Source of the DNA: a virus
IMG/VR virus record: IMGVR_UViG_3300032265_001317
Coordinates: 28,159-92,158 of that record
Reading direction: 5' to 3' (one strand)
DNA length: 64,000 bases
Part shown: positions 7,381 to 18,329 of the stretch, one piece after another
How positions within the stretch are numbered: the stretch's first letter is position 1
Layout: each line of letters begins with the position of its first letter
Notes under the pieces: model-generated
The model's database searches: none
The model's input: the letters and a program-made list of their open reading frames with translations, nothing else
What the model was told of the DNA's origin: nothing
Position numbers and translations under genes: made by a program

Positions 7381-9151
7381 AATCTACATCATTACTATAG
7401 CTGGTAAACCCGTTTTCTTTTATTACTCTTAATACATTGTTTACTCTACCTACCAATTCGTCTTTGTGACTAATCAAGTATATATTCTTATTCCTCTCCC
7501 TGGCCATCTTTTTTAGGACCGCTAGGGCACTTTCAACACCGGCACTATCCATTCCAGCATCTACAAGTTCGTCGATAAACAATAGATTAATACTTTGGTA
7601 AAGTCCTTCCCATACATCTCGGAAAGCAAAACTCAAACTTAGAATCAATCTGTTACGTTCACCGCGTGATAAATTATCAAAATCTAAATCTTGTCCTAAT
7701 TGTGTAATCTCTACTGTTAAATCATTTTGGAAAACTACACGATGTGGTAAACCGAGTTTATCGATATAGTATCCGAGACGTTTATTCAAGTAGGTAAGAT
7801 TCTGATCGATAATTTTCTTGCGTATAAAACTGTCTTTGTTAGTCAGTAATTTATATAAGAATTCTTGATGATCTCTTAATTTTGAAAGCTCGTTGATCAG
7901 GTCCCAAGTTATTTCTTGTATAGCTGTTTTCTTTAATTCTTCGATTTGTTCTTCGAACGGATTGGACTTATTAATTTCGTTTGTAAGTTGCTTTTCCAAA
8001 CTATCTACATTATTTTTATGTCCCAGTGCTTCTGCTTCTGTATCGTAAAAGGTTGCAGGTCTCTTTGGTAATTCACCTATTTCTGCGATACTTTGATTAA
8101 TACCTGCTAGGTCGCTGGTTACTTTATCAAAGTATGTGACAGCATCAACAAGACTTTTTTCAGCCATAGCACTCATTTCTTCGTGCTTGTGATCGTGTAA
8201 AGATTGTTCACATGCTGGACAAGTTTTATCTTCTAGCTTTTCTAATTCTTTGGTATACTTGTTTACAGTTTTATCGGCTTGGCTTAATGCGGCTTCTAGT
8301 GTTGCTTTTTGCTTGCCTAGATTTTTTATTGCTGTATTATTATCTTCCCATTGCTTTAGAGACTGGTGAGATTCTAACTCTGCTGTAATATCGACTCCTT
8401 CAAGTTTCATTATAGCACGACCGAGATTTTCTATATCTTGATCTTTTTTACTTTCCCAAGCACTACTTTTAATGGTTAGACTATCAATACTTTTCTGTAC
8501 ATTCTCGTTAGCAGTTTTAACACTTTCAATTCTAAATTGTTCTTTTTGTATAGAGTCTTTGGTTTCTTTAACAAGTGCTTTAAGATTTTCTGCTTTTTCA
8601 CTAAGCATGGTAATACCTAGCAACTGCTCGATGATTTCGCGTTGTTCGGCCGCCTTCATTGACAGAAACGGCTCTGTATAGGTGTTTAACGCAACCAAGT
8701 GTTTAAACATGGTATGTGACATTTCTAGCATTTGCTCAATGGCTTTCTGCGTTTCTCTGCTGTCACCTTGACTATCATCTTCCTCTTTAGCGTCTTTTAA
8801 CTGCTCATCGTTAACAAATAATCTAAGTATATTGGGCTTACGACCACGTTCAATTCTGTATAGAATTCCGCCTTTTTCAAACTCTACTGTTACCAACATG
8901 GCCTTGCCGTTGGTTTTATTAATAAGGTTTTCCTTGCGGATATTGGTTAATGCTTGCCCGTATAGTGCATAGCTTAACGCATTGATAATTGTGGTTTTAC
9001 CTGTGCCATTACGAGACCCTGTGTCATCTCCTCCTAGATCTAGGTTAGCACCTAGCACAAGTGTTAGGTGCTCTTTATCAAAGTCTACTGCTTGGGTTTG
9101 ATTACCTACACTTAGAAAGTTTTTTACTGTTATATTTTTTAATTTAAACAT
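7367..9151 (-). CDS. Recombination endonuclease ATPase subunit (T4 gp46 / SbcC / Rad50-like)
   Basis: Walker A RNGTGKTT, coiled coil with CPAC zinc hook, LSRGE signature, LLFIDE Walker B, ISH motif. Confidence 0.95.
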   Translation of the reverse strand: MFKLKNITVKNFLSVGNQTQAVDFDKEHLTLVLGANLDLGGDDTGSRNGTGKTTIINALSYALYGQALTNIRKENLINKTNGKAMLVTVEFEKGGILYRIERGRKPNILRLFVNDEQLKDAKEEDDSQGDSRETQKAIEQMLEMSHTMFKHLVALNTYTEPFLSMKAAEQREIIEQLLGITMLSEKAENLKALVKETKDSIQKEQFRIESVKTANENVQKSIDSLTIKSSAWESKKDQDIENLGRAIMKLEGVDITAELESHQSLKQWEDNNTAIKNLGKQKATLEAALSQADKTVNKYTKELEKLEDKTCPACEQSLHDHKHEEMSAMAEKSLVDAVTYFDKVTSDLAGINQSIAEIGELPKRPATFYDTEAEALGHKNNVDSLEKQLTNEINKSNPFEEQIEELKKTAIQEITWDLINELSKLRDHQEFLYKLLTNKDSFIRKKIIDQNLTYLNKRLGYYIDKLGLPHRVVFQNDLTVEITQLGQDLDFDNLSRGERNRLILSLSFAFRDVWEGLYQSINLLFIDELVDAGMDSAGVESALAVLKKMARERNKNIYLISHKDELVGRVNNVLRVIKENGFTSYSNDVDYVES

Positions 9152-10164
9152 TAGATATTTCTATAAATTTCAAGTAGCATTGCTTTGTCAAACTGTTCCG
9201 ACTCAATATTAACCAATTGTTCTGAAACAATTTGATCAACACTTTCGAACTGCTGATCTGGATTATCGTCTACTGTGCCTTCAAGGTTAGTTTTATCTTG
9301 TATAAGACTGATCTCTCTGATGTCGTATTCGTTGACGAATGTTTCTTTGATAAAATTTGCCTCTTCATAACTGATGTCAATGTCAAGATGCACTTTTAAA
9401 TGCATCTTGCTTTTCATGATTGAGTCTTTTTTGTCAATAAGGTCGCTAAGTTTAACAGTACGATACTTGGGAGCATCTGGCCAGTTAATAAATTCCGGCT
9501 CACCTCCCCATTCTAATGTCATCATACCTCTATCATCATCCCATGCATCAGAGAAGTTGTGAGGAAACGCATTTCCTATATAGATTACCTTTTGATTGGA
9601 TTGGCGTTTGTGAAAGTGCCCGCTGAACACATAGTCAGGAACCGTAAAGTCCTCAGCATGCAATTCTCCATGATCTGGCATCTGCACCATTGCGTTCATA
9701 AAGAATTTAGGCAATTCAAAATGCCCAAACACATACTTGCTTTTGATCCCACTCATGACCTTCCATTCATCACCTACTAACCAAGGTACAAGGGTAACAT
9801 CACCCCGGGTCATAATACTGTCTACAACAGTGACGCCTGGAACGTGCCTACCAAAAGTACTCGAGTGAATGTCACGCTTGTCTTTATAAAATAAATCGTG
9901 GTTACCAGGAAACCAATAAAAGTTTTCAAATGCCGCGCCCAGTTTTTCAAGGCATCGCAAGCTGGAATCTAATGTTATAAGATTTAGACTGTTACGGTTG
10001 TGGCTCCAGTCACCTAAAAATATACCAGTTTCGCAACCTGCGGCCTTGGCTTCGGCAATGTACCAATCTACAAATTCTTCGCAGTCTTTAAGATGTGCAG
10101 TTGAGTTGCCTTTTAGGCCAAAATGTATATCAGTAAAACATGCTACCTTTTTAAACAAGGTCAT
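9151..10164 (-). CDS. Recombination endonuclease nuclease subunit (T4 gp47 / SbcD / Mre11-like)
   Basis: Metallophosphoesterase motifs DIHFG, GD, GNHD, GHF, SGHFH. Confidence 0.95.
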   Translation of the reverse strand: MTLFKKVACFTDIHFGLKGNSTAHLKDCEEFVDWYIAEAKAAGCETGIFLGDWSHNRNSLNLITLDSSLRCLEKLGAAFENFYWFPGNHDLFYKDKRDIHSSTFGRHVPGVTVVDSIMTRGDVTLVPWLVGDEWKVMSGIKSKYVFGHFELPKFFMNAMVQMPDHGELHAEDFTVPDYVFSGHFHKRQSNQKVIYIGNAFPHNFSDAWDDDRGMMTLEWGGEPEFINWPDAPKYRTVKLSDLIDKKDSIMKSKMHLKVHLDIDISYEEANFIKETFVNEYDIREISLIQDKTNLEGTVDDNPDQQFESVDQIVSEQLVNIESEQFDKAMLLEIYRNI

Positions 10165-10184
10165 AAAGTATTCTCCTAACTAAA

Positions 10185-10213
10185 AGTTTAACAGGCTGAT
10201 TGGGCAATGTCAA
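10185..10213 (-). promoter_or_regulatory. Sigma70-type promoter TTGACA-N17-TAAACT for gp47/gp46
   Basis: -35 at 10213-10208 overlaps the upstream TGA stop; -10 at 10190-10185. Confidence 0.65.
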
Positions 10214-11124
10214 GCGGTAGGAGTAGATTCTTCGTCCTCTTCTTCAGGTACATCTTCGCTTTTTGGCATACGCATATTTTTGTATAGCTCTGCTTGCCGT
10301 GCAATTTCTTCTGCGTATTCTTGGCTGTTCTGTCTAGTCATACTCGGTGCTAGTCCTGCTTCTTCTAACAAATCATCTCGGATGTTTTGACTTTTCTTTT
10401 CAATGTTTAGAATTCTGGTAAAGCTGTTTGTTACTGCGGCAGTATAGTAAGCAAACGGATTATCGGACTTTGATTCATCAAACTGTAGACCAATCTGACT
10501 TAGCTGTAGGATAGCCTGCCCCTTCATTTCGTCAACATAGGTGTATCCTCTCCAGTTGCTACGCTGTGCGTAACGCTCTGATAATTTGATATACATTTTG
10601 CCTAAGTTTTCTGTAATGCGTCCGTGATCCTTGCTGAAGTGTCCGGTATCTAGCGGACCTTTCCAGTGACTTTTGCCAACGCATATTAGTTCGTCTTGGT
10701 CATCAAATTTCCAATGTTGATACGGAGGAAAGTTCACTTTATCGTGTGCATCTGCTGTAGTTTTAGTGGTCTTTTTACGACCCGGTGCTAGCGGAATATG
10801 TTCGAAAGTCATTATTCTAATTACAATATCAGTTTTGGCAATTGTTTTGTAATCTGGAGTGACTTCGAGTAATTTGGTTTTTTTATCTCCGGCAAGTCTT
10901 AGTTTATTAAATGCTTCGATGCCTAGTCTTTTTGCCCGAGCACGTTTAGCCTCTGCAATGGTGCGTATGTTGATTTTGTCTAAATTTGGAAGAATTAAAT
11001 CGTGTTGACTGTATTCTGGTTTTTCATAGACTGAAAATGAACATTTGCTACGGTGTATTTCTGCTAATAAATCTTTGTTGTTTAAGTACTTAACTTTTCT
11101 TGTGGTTACAATGGGTGTGGACAT
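10210..11124 (-). CDS. Late transcription sigma factor (T4 gp55-like)
   Basis: YLNNKDLL N-terminus; NWRGYTYVDEM...FDESKSDNPFAYYT...SFTRILNIEKK; sits next to gp47/gp46 as in T4-like phages. Confidence 0.85.
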   Translation of the reverse strand: MSTPIVTTRKVKYLNNKDLLAEIHRSKCSFSVYEKPEYSQHDLILPNLDKINIRTIAEAKRARAKRLGIEAFNKLRLAGDKKTKLLEVTPDYKTIAKTDIVIRIMTFEHIPLAPGRKKTTKTTADAHDKVNFPPYQHWKFDDQDELICVGKSHWKGPLDTGHFSKDHGRITENLGKMYIKLSERYAQRSNWRGYTYVDEMKGQAILQLSQIGLQFDESKSDNPFAYYTAAVTNSFTRILNIEKKSQNIRDDLLEEAGLAPSMTRQNSQEYAEEIARQAELYKNMRMPKSEDVPEEEDEESTPTA

Positions 11125-11151
11125 GTTGTTATTATTTTCCCTTTAGTTGTT

Positions 11152-11179
11152 AGTATACAACAGATTAAACATCTGTCAA
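11152..11179 (-). promoter_or_regulatory. Sigma70-type promoter TTGACA-N16-TATACT for the late sigma gene
   Basis: -35 at 11179-11174, -10 at 11157-11152. Confidence 0.6.
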
Positions 11180-11203
11180 CCGAATATAATTAAATTAGCC
11201 TTT

Positions 11204-11220
11204 TATTTATTGGTTAAATA
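11204..11220. promoter_or_regulatory. Back-to-back late-type TAAATA elements (- at 11204-11209, + at 11215-11220)
   Basis: At the strand switch heading the structural block; GAGGA SD follows on +. Confidence 0.55.
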
Positions 11221-11239
11221 AGCTATAGAGGAATAAAAT

Positions 11240-12436
11240 ATGCCTACAACCTACACTCAAGCCACCTACACTCAAACGATTGATTCGTTAAATTCGGCAC
11301 TGGCTAAAACACAGCCCGGAACACCGGCATATACATCGATCCTAAATCAAATAAACACAGTTAAAAACGACTATACAACACAAGTTAAGGTGTCTATTGA
11401 CAATGTACAAGCGGCGCAACAGCAAACAGCCAGTGCATCTCAAACCGGTAATATAGCCGCTATCTTAGCCGGCCAGGCGGCAATAGTTGCCGCTACATCA
11501 TTAGTTAAATCGCAAAAAAGCACAATTGATCTATCGACTAAATCCACCGATGCAGTAGAAAATACAATCAAACCTACTAACGATAATGCCGCTACTACTG
11601 CATCAGCAGACAAAGTGGCAAACGCAGGTGTAGTTGGAAACCCTAACGGAGATCCTAATCCTAATGCTGTAATTACTCCCGGCACTGGTAGTAACCCTGT
11701 TGCCAATGTTGATATTACTGGTCAGATGCAAGGCAAACTTGATACATCGATGCCAAAAATACCTGCTCCGGTAACACCGACAGTTATTTCTAAAAACTCA
11801 TCAGGTCCTCCGGATCACCGTGTAAAAATAATTGTGCCAGACTCATATATTCAAATGGCAACTCGTGGAAATATCATGGATGGTAGTGGCGGCCATATTT
11901 TTACTAATCATGGAATTGTATTTCCTTATACACCTACTATTAGTTACGAGCATAAGGCAGATTACACAGATCAAAAAATTATGCATAGTAACTATAATCA
12001 ATACTTTTATCAAAGAAGTTATGTAAGTCCTTTCACTATCACTGGCAAATTTACAGTACAAAACGATGGTGATGCCATGGCCTATCTTGCCACAGTACAC
12101 CTACTAAGATCGTTAACAAAAATGCTATACGGTGGAGATACTGGTGACGAAATGAGTGGGTCACCACCACCTGTTTGTAGATTAAAGGCCTACGGAGATT
12201 ACATGCTTGACGGAGTTCCTATTAGCATAACTGGTGTAAAGTTTGAATTGCCAGATGCAGTTGATTACTATACGCTAGGCAACGTGTCACCTAATAGAGT
12301 ATTTGGACGTACTACGGTTCCAACATTATCAAGTATTACCGTATCATGTATTCCTATGTACAGCCGTGCTGAACAACAAAAGTTTTCTGTTAAGAGTTGG
12401 CTTGCTGGCGACCTAAGAAAGAAAGGATATCTATAA
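11240..12436 (+). CDS. Baseplate / tail-tube initiator-like structural protein
   Basis: C-terminal FPYTPTISY...HSNY...ITGKFTVQN...PPPVCRL tube-like domain; Thr/Ala-rich N-terminal extension. Confidence 0.55.
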   Translation: MPTTYTQATYTQTIDSLNSALAKTQPGTPAYTSILNQINTVKNDYTTQVKVSIDNVQAAQQQTASASQTGNIAAILAGQAAIVAATSLVKSQKSTIDLSTKSTDAVENTIKPTNDNAATTASADKVANAGVVGNPNGDPNPNAVITPGTGSNPVANVDITGQMQGKLDTSMPKIPAPVTPTVISKNSSGPPDHRVKIIVPDSYIQMATRGNIMDGSGGHIFTNHGIVFPYTPTISYEHKADYTDQKIMHSNYNQYFYQRSYVSPFTITGKFTVQNDGDAMAYLATVHLLRSLTKMLYGGDTGDEMSGSPPPVCRLKAYGDYMLDGVPISITGVKFELPDAVDYYTLGNVSPNRVFGRTTVPTLSSITVSCIPMYSRAEQQKFSVKSWLAGDLRKKGYL

Positions 12437-12739
12437 ATGACTATCTACAGTAAAACAAGTCCTTACTATACCACTGGATATGCTAGCGGATATTTAGATG
12501 TAATTAATTTTAGAAATATTCCAGCACAAACTGATGACATTTATTTTGAAATAACAAAAAATTATGAAAATCGTCCTGACCTATTGGCTTATGATTTATA
12601 TAAAGATGTAGGCCTTTGGTGGGTGTTTGCTGTGAGAAATAGATCAACAATTAAAGATCCAGTGTTTGATTTTGTTGCAGGTACAAAAATTTATATACCA
12701 AAGATTACCACAATCAGAACAGCATTGGCAGGTGCCTAA
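12437..12739 (+). CDS. Baseplate wedge protein (gp53/LysM-like)
   Basis: RPDLLAYDLY...LWWVFA..N motif. Confidence 0.75.
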   Translation: MTIYSKTSPYYTTGYASGYLDVINFRNIPAQTDDIYFEITKNYENRPDLLAYDLYKDVGLWWVFAVRNRSTIKDPVFDFVAGTKIYIPKITTIRTALAGA

Positions 12740-12741
12740 TT

Positions 12742-15738
12742 ATGCCTATTGATTTATCCGCTACTACTAGTACAGCCTTTACTACAGGATTAAAATTTAT
12801 AGATCCAAAAGTAGGCAACGTACTAAACAATTACAGATCATATACTTATAATTTTACTCTAGATGCATTACCTACGGAATTTGCAAATGACCCTAAAAAA
12901 TGGGAATTGTCTGGTGCAGAAGCGGCATCGGCACCTTATAGAATTTTAAAATCAGGCGGCAAAGGCACCACAGGTCTAAAAACTCCAAGCGGTCCAACGT
13001 CGGCGCAAGTTGAGGCAAATACTAATTTGCAAACTGATCGAGCAGCCACAGTAGAATCTATTGCGGCGTCTCAAAAAAATATAGATACTTTGCAATTTAA
13101 TGCAGATCTAGTTCCTGGTTTTAATAAAAATAGTCCAGGCAGATTTGATTTTTTTATTGACAAGTGGGAAATGACCACTTCGTACTCCCCGAGCGATTTA
13201 TACGGATTTATTCCAAATGCCAACTTTAATTTCACAGTTGTAGAACCTTATAGCATAAATGGATTTCTAGAAGTATTACATGCGGCTTCAGTTGCCGCTG
13301 GCTATACTAGTTATATGGCCGCAACATTTTTAATGACTCTTAAATTCCTTGGTTATCCAGATAATGACTCTGCAGATTCCCCTGCAGAGCCAGAGGAAGT
13401 GCCGCATTCTACTAGATCGTGGCTTATTAATATCACTAATGCTTCCTTAGAAGTTACAGAAAAAGGTTCAGTATATGTTTGCCAAGCTACTGTAACTAGT
13501 GGATTTGCAGTGGCAGATAGTAATAATAAACTTAAAAAAAGTATCACATTTGAAGGCAGGACCGTGCAAGATTGTCTTGCAGGTCCGTTAGATTCAGAAA
13601 GACCTGCTAACTATGCAGGAAACGATTTTGTCACAAAAGTTAATCTTTTACAAAAAGAAAGTACCAAAGACCGAACAGGCAGTGATATCTATGATGAATA
13701 TCGAGTATATTTTCCTGAGGTAACCGATACCGGAGACCTGGATTATACCAAAGTTAACAAGATAGGTCGAACAAAACTGGCAGATAGCGCACAACTGTTA
13801 AAAAGTAGTGGAATGGAAGATCCACAAACTACTGAGAAAAAAACAAATTATAAAAACAAGCCAGAGGATACTAGCACAGAAATTACCAAACTAGATCCTG
13901 CAACAGGCAAGTACCAGCTTCAATTTCCTGAAAGTTTTAATATAAGTGATCTTATCACAAACATTATACGAGACAGTGAATTTTATGCCGACTTGCTAAA
14001 GTCTCTAAAAGAAAATTCGGGTAGTGTAATTGATCAGCACGGATATATTGATTACTTTAGGTTGCGTACCGAAGTAGAATTATCTAAAGCAATTAACCCT
14101 GAAACAAAAAAACCAAAATCAATTTTTAAATTTATTGTTACTCCATTCAAGGTTCATATTAGTAACTTGTCAAAAGGCATACCTACTCCGTTATGGGATG
14201 CTACTAAGTATCCTCCATTTGTGGTAAGAACCTACAACTACATGTACACAGGAAAAAATGTTGATGTGATCAATTTTAAATTGTCTTTAAATGGATTATA
14301 TCATGCCGTGACTCCTGTGGAACTAAACAATGATGTAATACAATCTACCTACGGAGCTGGTCCTTCAAATTCAACTGATATTACTTTTAAAAATCTAACA
14401 TCTAGTAACGATGTAGCCCAGCTTCAAAACGGTGTGGCAACATCAAGGGCCGGCAGTGTACCGTATGTTCCTAAAGAAGGCCCGGGACTGCCTAAATCGG
14501 ATAGTCCTTACAGAAATATTGCAAGGAGTATACATACACAATTTTTAAACTTTCACGAAGCGGCAATGTCGCTCACAGTAGATATCATTGGCGATCCTTT
14601 ATATATTGCTACTAATGGTATGAATGGTCTAATCCAAAACAAGGACGGAGCCGGATTCACAAGCAACGGAGAGGCCGATTTTATAACTTATCAAGTGCCA
14701 GTTAGTATAACATTTAGAAACCCAGTAGATATAGGCAAATCCGGTTTTATGGATTTTTCTGAAGATCAGATACCCTACAGTGGCATATATCAAGTGACCA
14801 GTATCAATAATTATTTCAATGAAGGAATTTTTAAGCAACGTCTTAACATGACAAGATTAAGTGGTCAACTGGAAGGCAAACCAATTAAGGTAAAAGATTA
14901 TTCAGATCTATTTGAAGAATCTGCAAATCCACTTGATCAAATTACAACAGACACAACCGAAGGTGCGCCAAACGTTGCCGGTAAAGTATCTGATGCTACA
15001 ATAAAAAGACTAGGTGGTACAGTATTATCAAATTTAGGAAAAGCTGCCGCACTAGTCGGAGCTGCCGGATTATTAAAGAATGTATCAGGACAAGCGGCAA
15101 CGGTATTAGCCGCATCATTAGCAGTACCGGCAGTTATCGGTGTAGCAAAAAGTGCAATTGATACAGTCAATAGTTTGGCATCAAAAGCCACAGGTTTAAT
15201 AGGGGATGCAAATAAAAAAGTTGCATCTGCACCGAACGTGTCTGCAAGTACAGATCCTACTAACAATATTACCGCCGCAGCCAAAGCCAACATACCTGTA
15301 GATATATTAACCCAGGATCAGTTGGCAAATATTCCAAAATCTGCTCCTCCTGCTACTGCTCCAGGACCGCAAGTTGATGTATCGACATTGCAAAGTTTAT
15401 ATAAATCTGGTGGAGTAGCGGCCATTGCTAAAGCATATGGCGTAAAAGATATTACTAATATTTCTCCTACAGAATTGCCACTAGGTACGGTAAAAATGAT
15501 AGAAGAAACAATAACGCCGTCAAATCCTTTGACAACATTAAAAGGAGTAGTAGCTAATGCATCTAGTGTAGTTGATGCTTCGATAGTAACTGACAAACTA
15601 GCGTCGGCACAAACATTGCTAAATGGCGCACAATCAGTGGTAACAATTATACCACGAGATGCTAGTCAAGCTACATCTATTTTGACCCAAGCGGGTAGTA
15701 ACGTGACCAGCCCGCTAACTAAAATATTACAAGGATAA
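12742..15738 (+). CDS. Baseplate hub-like protein (gp27-like position) with low-complexity C-terminus
   Basis: 998 aa between gp53-like and gp5-like genes; IIGDPLYI and SGIYQVTSINNYFNEGIFKQRL segments. Confidence 0.55.
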   Translation: MPIDLSATTSTAFTTGLKFIDPKVGNVLNNYRSYTYNFTLDALPTEFANDPKKWELSGAEAASAPYRILKSGGKGTTGLKTPSGPTSAQVEANTNLQTDRAATVESIAASQKNIDTLQFNADLVPGFNKNSPGRFDFFIDKWEMTTSYSPSDLYGFIPNANFNFTVVEPYSINGFLEVLHAASVAAGYTSYMAATFLMTLKFLGYPDNDSADSPAEPEEVPHSTRSWLINITNASLEVTEKGSVYVCQATVTSGFAVADSNNKLKKSITFEGRTVQDCLAGPLDSERPANYAGNDFVTKVNLLQKESTKDRTGSDIYDEYRVYFPEVTDTGDLDYTKVNKIGRTKLADSAQLLKSSGMEDPQTTEKKTNYKNKPEDTSTEITKLDPATGKYQLQFPESFNISDLITNIIRDSEFYADLLKSLKENSGSVIDQHGYIDYFRLRTEVELSKAINPETKKPKSIFKFIVTPFKVHISNLSKGIPTPLWDATKYPPFVVRTYNYMYTGKNVDVINFKLSLNGLYHAVTPVELNNDVIQSTYGAGPSNSTDITFKNLTSSNDVAQLQNGVATSRAGSVPYVPKEGPGLPKSDSPYRNIARSIHTQFLNFHEAAMSLTVDIIGDPLYIATNGMNGLIQNKDGAGFTSNGEADFITYQVPVSITFRNPVDIGKSGFMDFSEDQIPYSGIYQVTSINNYFNEGIFKQRLNMTRLSGQLEGKPIKVKDYSDLFEESANPLDQITTDTTEGAPNVAGKVSDATIKRLGGTVLSNLGKAAALVGAAGLLKNVSGQAATVLAASLAVPAVIGVAKSAIDTVNSLASKATGLIGDANKKVASAPNVSASTDPTNNITAAAKANIPVDILTQDQLANIPKSAPPATAPGPQVDVSTLQSLYKSGGVAAIAKAYGVKDITNISPTELPLGTVKMIEETITPSNPLTTLKGVVANASSVVDASIVTDKLASAQTLLNGAQSVVTIIPRDASQATSILTQAGSNVTSPLTKILQG

Positions 15739-15744
15739 TCAAAC

Positions 15745-17826
15745 ATGGGATTTGACGGAAGACGAAAAGGCAAATTACCGCATCCGGGTCCGTACCTGGC
15801 AGAGATAACAAACCATCTAGATTCTACTTATATGGGTAGATTAGAAGTTGCGTTAAAAAAAGGTACTCCTAGTAGCGCAGGTTCTCAAGGCGAAACATAC
15901 ATTGTAAAGTATCTAAGTCCATTTTATGGAATAGCACAAACACGATATCAAGGTAACAACTCCGGGTCATTTGACGATGTACAAAAAAGCTACGGCATGT
16001 GGATGATTCCGCCCGATGTAGGTTCAACAGTAATGGTTATATTCATTGAGGGTGATCCTAACGAAGGCTATTGGATTGGTTGTGCAATGAATGATACCTT
16101 CCAGAATCACATGGTTCCCGGAATAGCCGCCAGCGACAAAGTTATTATGACTCCGGAGCAACGCAAGAGATACGGTAGTGATTATTTGCCTGTTGCAGAG
16201 TTCTTGAAAAAGACACAAACAGGACAAAATCCAAACCCCGAATCCTATGCAAGACCAGTGCATCCTTTTGCCGATAGACTGCTAGCGCAAGGTTTATTAT
16301 TAGATAAAGTTCGTGGTGTAACATCCAGCAGTGCTCGACGTGACGTACCTAGTAGCGTTTTTGGAATAAGCACACCCGGCCCATTAGATCCTAATGGAAA
16401 AAAAGGAAAAGTAGGATACGATGGAAATAAACAAACTCCTGTAAGCAGACTTGGCGGTGCAACTTTTGTCATGGACGATGGAGATGTTAATGGCGAAAAT
16501 GAACTAGTTAGAATTAGAACAAGAACAGGACATCAAATTCTAATGCACAATAGTCACGATCTTATCTACATTGCCAACGCCGCAGGTACAGCCTGGATAG
16601 AAATGACCGCTCAAGGCAAAATAGATATCTATGCAGGGGATTCGGTCAGTATTCATAGCGAGGCTGATTTCAACTTCCGCGCCGATAGAGATATAAATTT
16701 GGAGGCTGGCAGAAATTTTAATGTCAACATAGGCAATGACCATAGTGTTAATCTTGTTGGTGATTATAGTTTTATTGCAAATGACGGAAAATTAAAATTT
16801 ACAGGTTCTTATGATAAAACAATAGGAACTGATATGAAAATGACTGTAGGATCTGCCCTACACATTGGATCGTCAAAGTTATATATGTCATCTGCAGGTA
16901 CACTTGATCTTAAAGGTTCTACTAATAATTTTACAGCCAGCGGCGACACAAATATTGCCAGCGGCGGCAATCATTTAGAAACTGCCGGAAAAATACATAT
17001 GAATGGTCCTGCAGCCGGGCAGGCCGCCGCCGCGACTGCGGCAAATGCTCCTAGCCCGTTGGGATTGTTTAACTTACCTAACAGAAGTGCCAGTGCTGGA
17101 TGGGGAGATGGCAACTATTATAATGCTGGCTCTATTGCTAGTATCATGCAACGTGTGCCAACTCACGAGCCCTGGGATCAACACGAAAACATCGATCCTG
17201 TTAGATTTACAAAAACTTTTACAGACACTGTAATTGGACAGTCACCGGGCGATGTTGCTAATTCATCTGCTAACCAGTCTTTCCCTCAGCCTAACAAAGA
17301 TGTTCCTGCAGACTGGAGTAAAGATTTAGATTTTATTAATAAAGTAAAGGATGTTTGTAAAGGACTTGGATGCAATTACATTGATTTATTATGTTGCATG
17401 CAATTTGAATCTGGCATGAATCCAGCACAACCTAACCTACAGGGCGGAAGTGCAACTGGATTGATTCAGTTCATTGAAAGTACTGCAAAAAATCTTGGAA
17501 CAACTACTGCATATCTAAGAACTCTGACTCGTGTACAACAGATGGATTGGGTAGAAAAATATTTCAAAGCTACTCCTATATCCAAGGTACCTAATCCAAC
17601 ATTGTCCGATGTTTACATGTGTATCCTAGGACCGGCCTATTGCGGCAAGCCAGACAACACGCCTGTGTATTCTAAACCGTCGCCCAACTACTACGGAAAC
17701 GCCGGACTTGATATAAACGGCGACGGAACCATTACCAAAGAAGAAGCAACAGCCAAAGGCCCTGCAACAAAACGTGCCTACGTAATGCAACAATTGGTCA
17801 ACGCTGGTGTTGAAAAACCCGGCTAA
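15745..17826 (+). CDS. Baseplate spike (gp5/VgrG-like) with C-terminal lysozyme/lytic transglycosylase-like domain
   Basis: N-terminal OB-fold (GRL..., PPDVGSTVMVIFIEGDPNEGYWIG), beta-helix-like repeats, C-terminal MQFESGMNP...ATGLIQF. Confidence 0.8.
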   Translation: MGFDGRRKGKLPHPGPYLAEITNHLDSTYMGRLEVALKKGTPSSAGSQGETYIVKYLSPFYGIAQTRYQGNNSGSFDDVQKSYGMWMIPPDVGSTVMVIFIEGDPNEGYWIGCAMNDTFQNHMVPGIAASDKVIMTPEQRKRYGSDYLPVAEFLKKTQTGQNPNPESYARPVHPFADRLLAQGLLLDKVRGVTSSSARRDVPSSVFGISTPGPLDPNGKKGKVGYDGNKQTPVSRLGGATFVMDDGDVNGENELVRIRTRTGHQILMHNSHDLIYIANAAGTAWIEMTAQGKIDIYAGDSVSIHSEADFNFRADRDINLEAGRNFNVNIGNDHSVNLVGDYSFIANDGKLKFTGSYDKTIGTDMKMTVGSALHIGSSKLYMSSAGTLDLKGSTNNFTASGDTNIASGGNHLETAGKIHMNGPAAGQAAAATAANAPSPLGLFNLPNRSASAGWGDGNYYNAGSIASIMQRVPTHEPWDQHENIDPVRFTKTFTDTVIGQSPGDVANSSANQSFPQPNKDVPADWSKDLDFINKVKDVCKGLGCNYIDLLCCMQFESGMNPAQPNLQGGSATGLIQFIESTAKNLGTTTAYLRTLTRVQQMDWVEKYFKATPISKVPNPTLSDVYMCILGPAYCGKPDNTPVYSKPSPNYYGNAGLDINGDGTITKEEATAKGPATKRAYVMQQLVNAGVEKPG

Positions 17827-17836
17827 TTTAGGACAA

Positions 17837-17842
17837 TAAATA
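17837..17842 (+). promoter_or_regulatory. Late-type TAAATA element 4 nt before the gp25 start
   Basis: CAATAAATACAGTATG. Confidence 0.5.
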
Positions 17843-17846
17843 CAGT

Positions 17847-18281
17847 ATGCCATACAAGTCTAAAGAAATCACTAATGCTAGATCAATAAATCAAGCGACC
17901 ACACAAGAAAGCCACTTTTATAAAGGGTTTAGTTCTGTAGGGGATACCTCTTTTGGTACACGTCTTTATGATTTTGAATTAGTAAAACAAGACATCATCA
18001 ATAATTTTAACACTCGTAAAGGTGAAAGATTAATGGATCCCGAGTTTGGCTGTGTTATTTGGGATCTGCTAATGGAACCGTTAACTGATAGCGTAAGAGA
18101 ACAGCTGACTACGGATATTGCGGCAATTTGTAATAAAGATCCTAGAGTATATCCAACACAAATTAAACTTACCGAGCTTGATTCTGGGTTCCTATTAGAG
18201 CTCACACTGGTGCTAAGACAAACTAACCAATCTTCAAATTTAAGATTAACTTTTGATCAAAGTATTGGACTACAACAATAA
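17847..18281 (+). CDS. Baseplate wedge subunit (gp25-like)
   Basis: TRKGERLMDPEFGC.IWDLLMEP...DPRV motif. Confidence 0.88.
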   Translation: MPYKSKEITNARSINQATTQESHFYKGFSSVGDTSFGTRLYDFELVKQDIINNFNTRKGERLMDPEFGCVIWDLLMEPLTDSVREQLTTDIAAICNKDPRVYPTQIKLTELDSGFLLELTLVLRQTNQSSNLRLTFDQSIGLQQ

Positions 18282-18329
18282 TGTACCTACTTTATCTAAC
18301 AAATAAATATGGTATAACCGAAAAAAACT

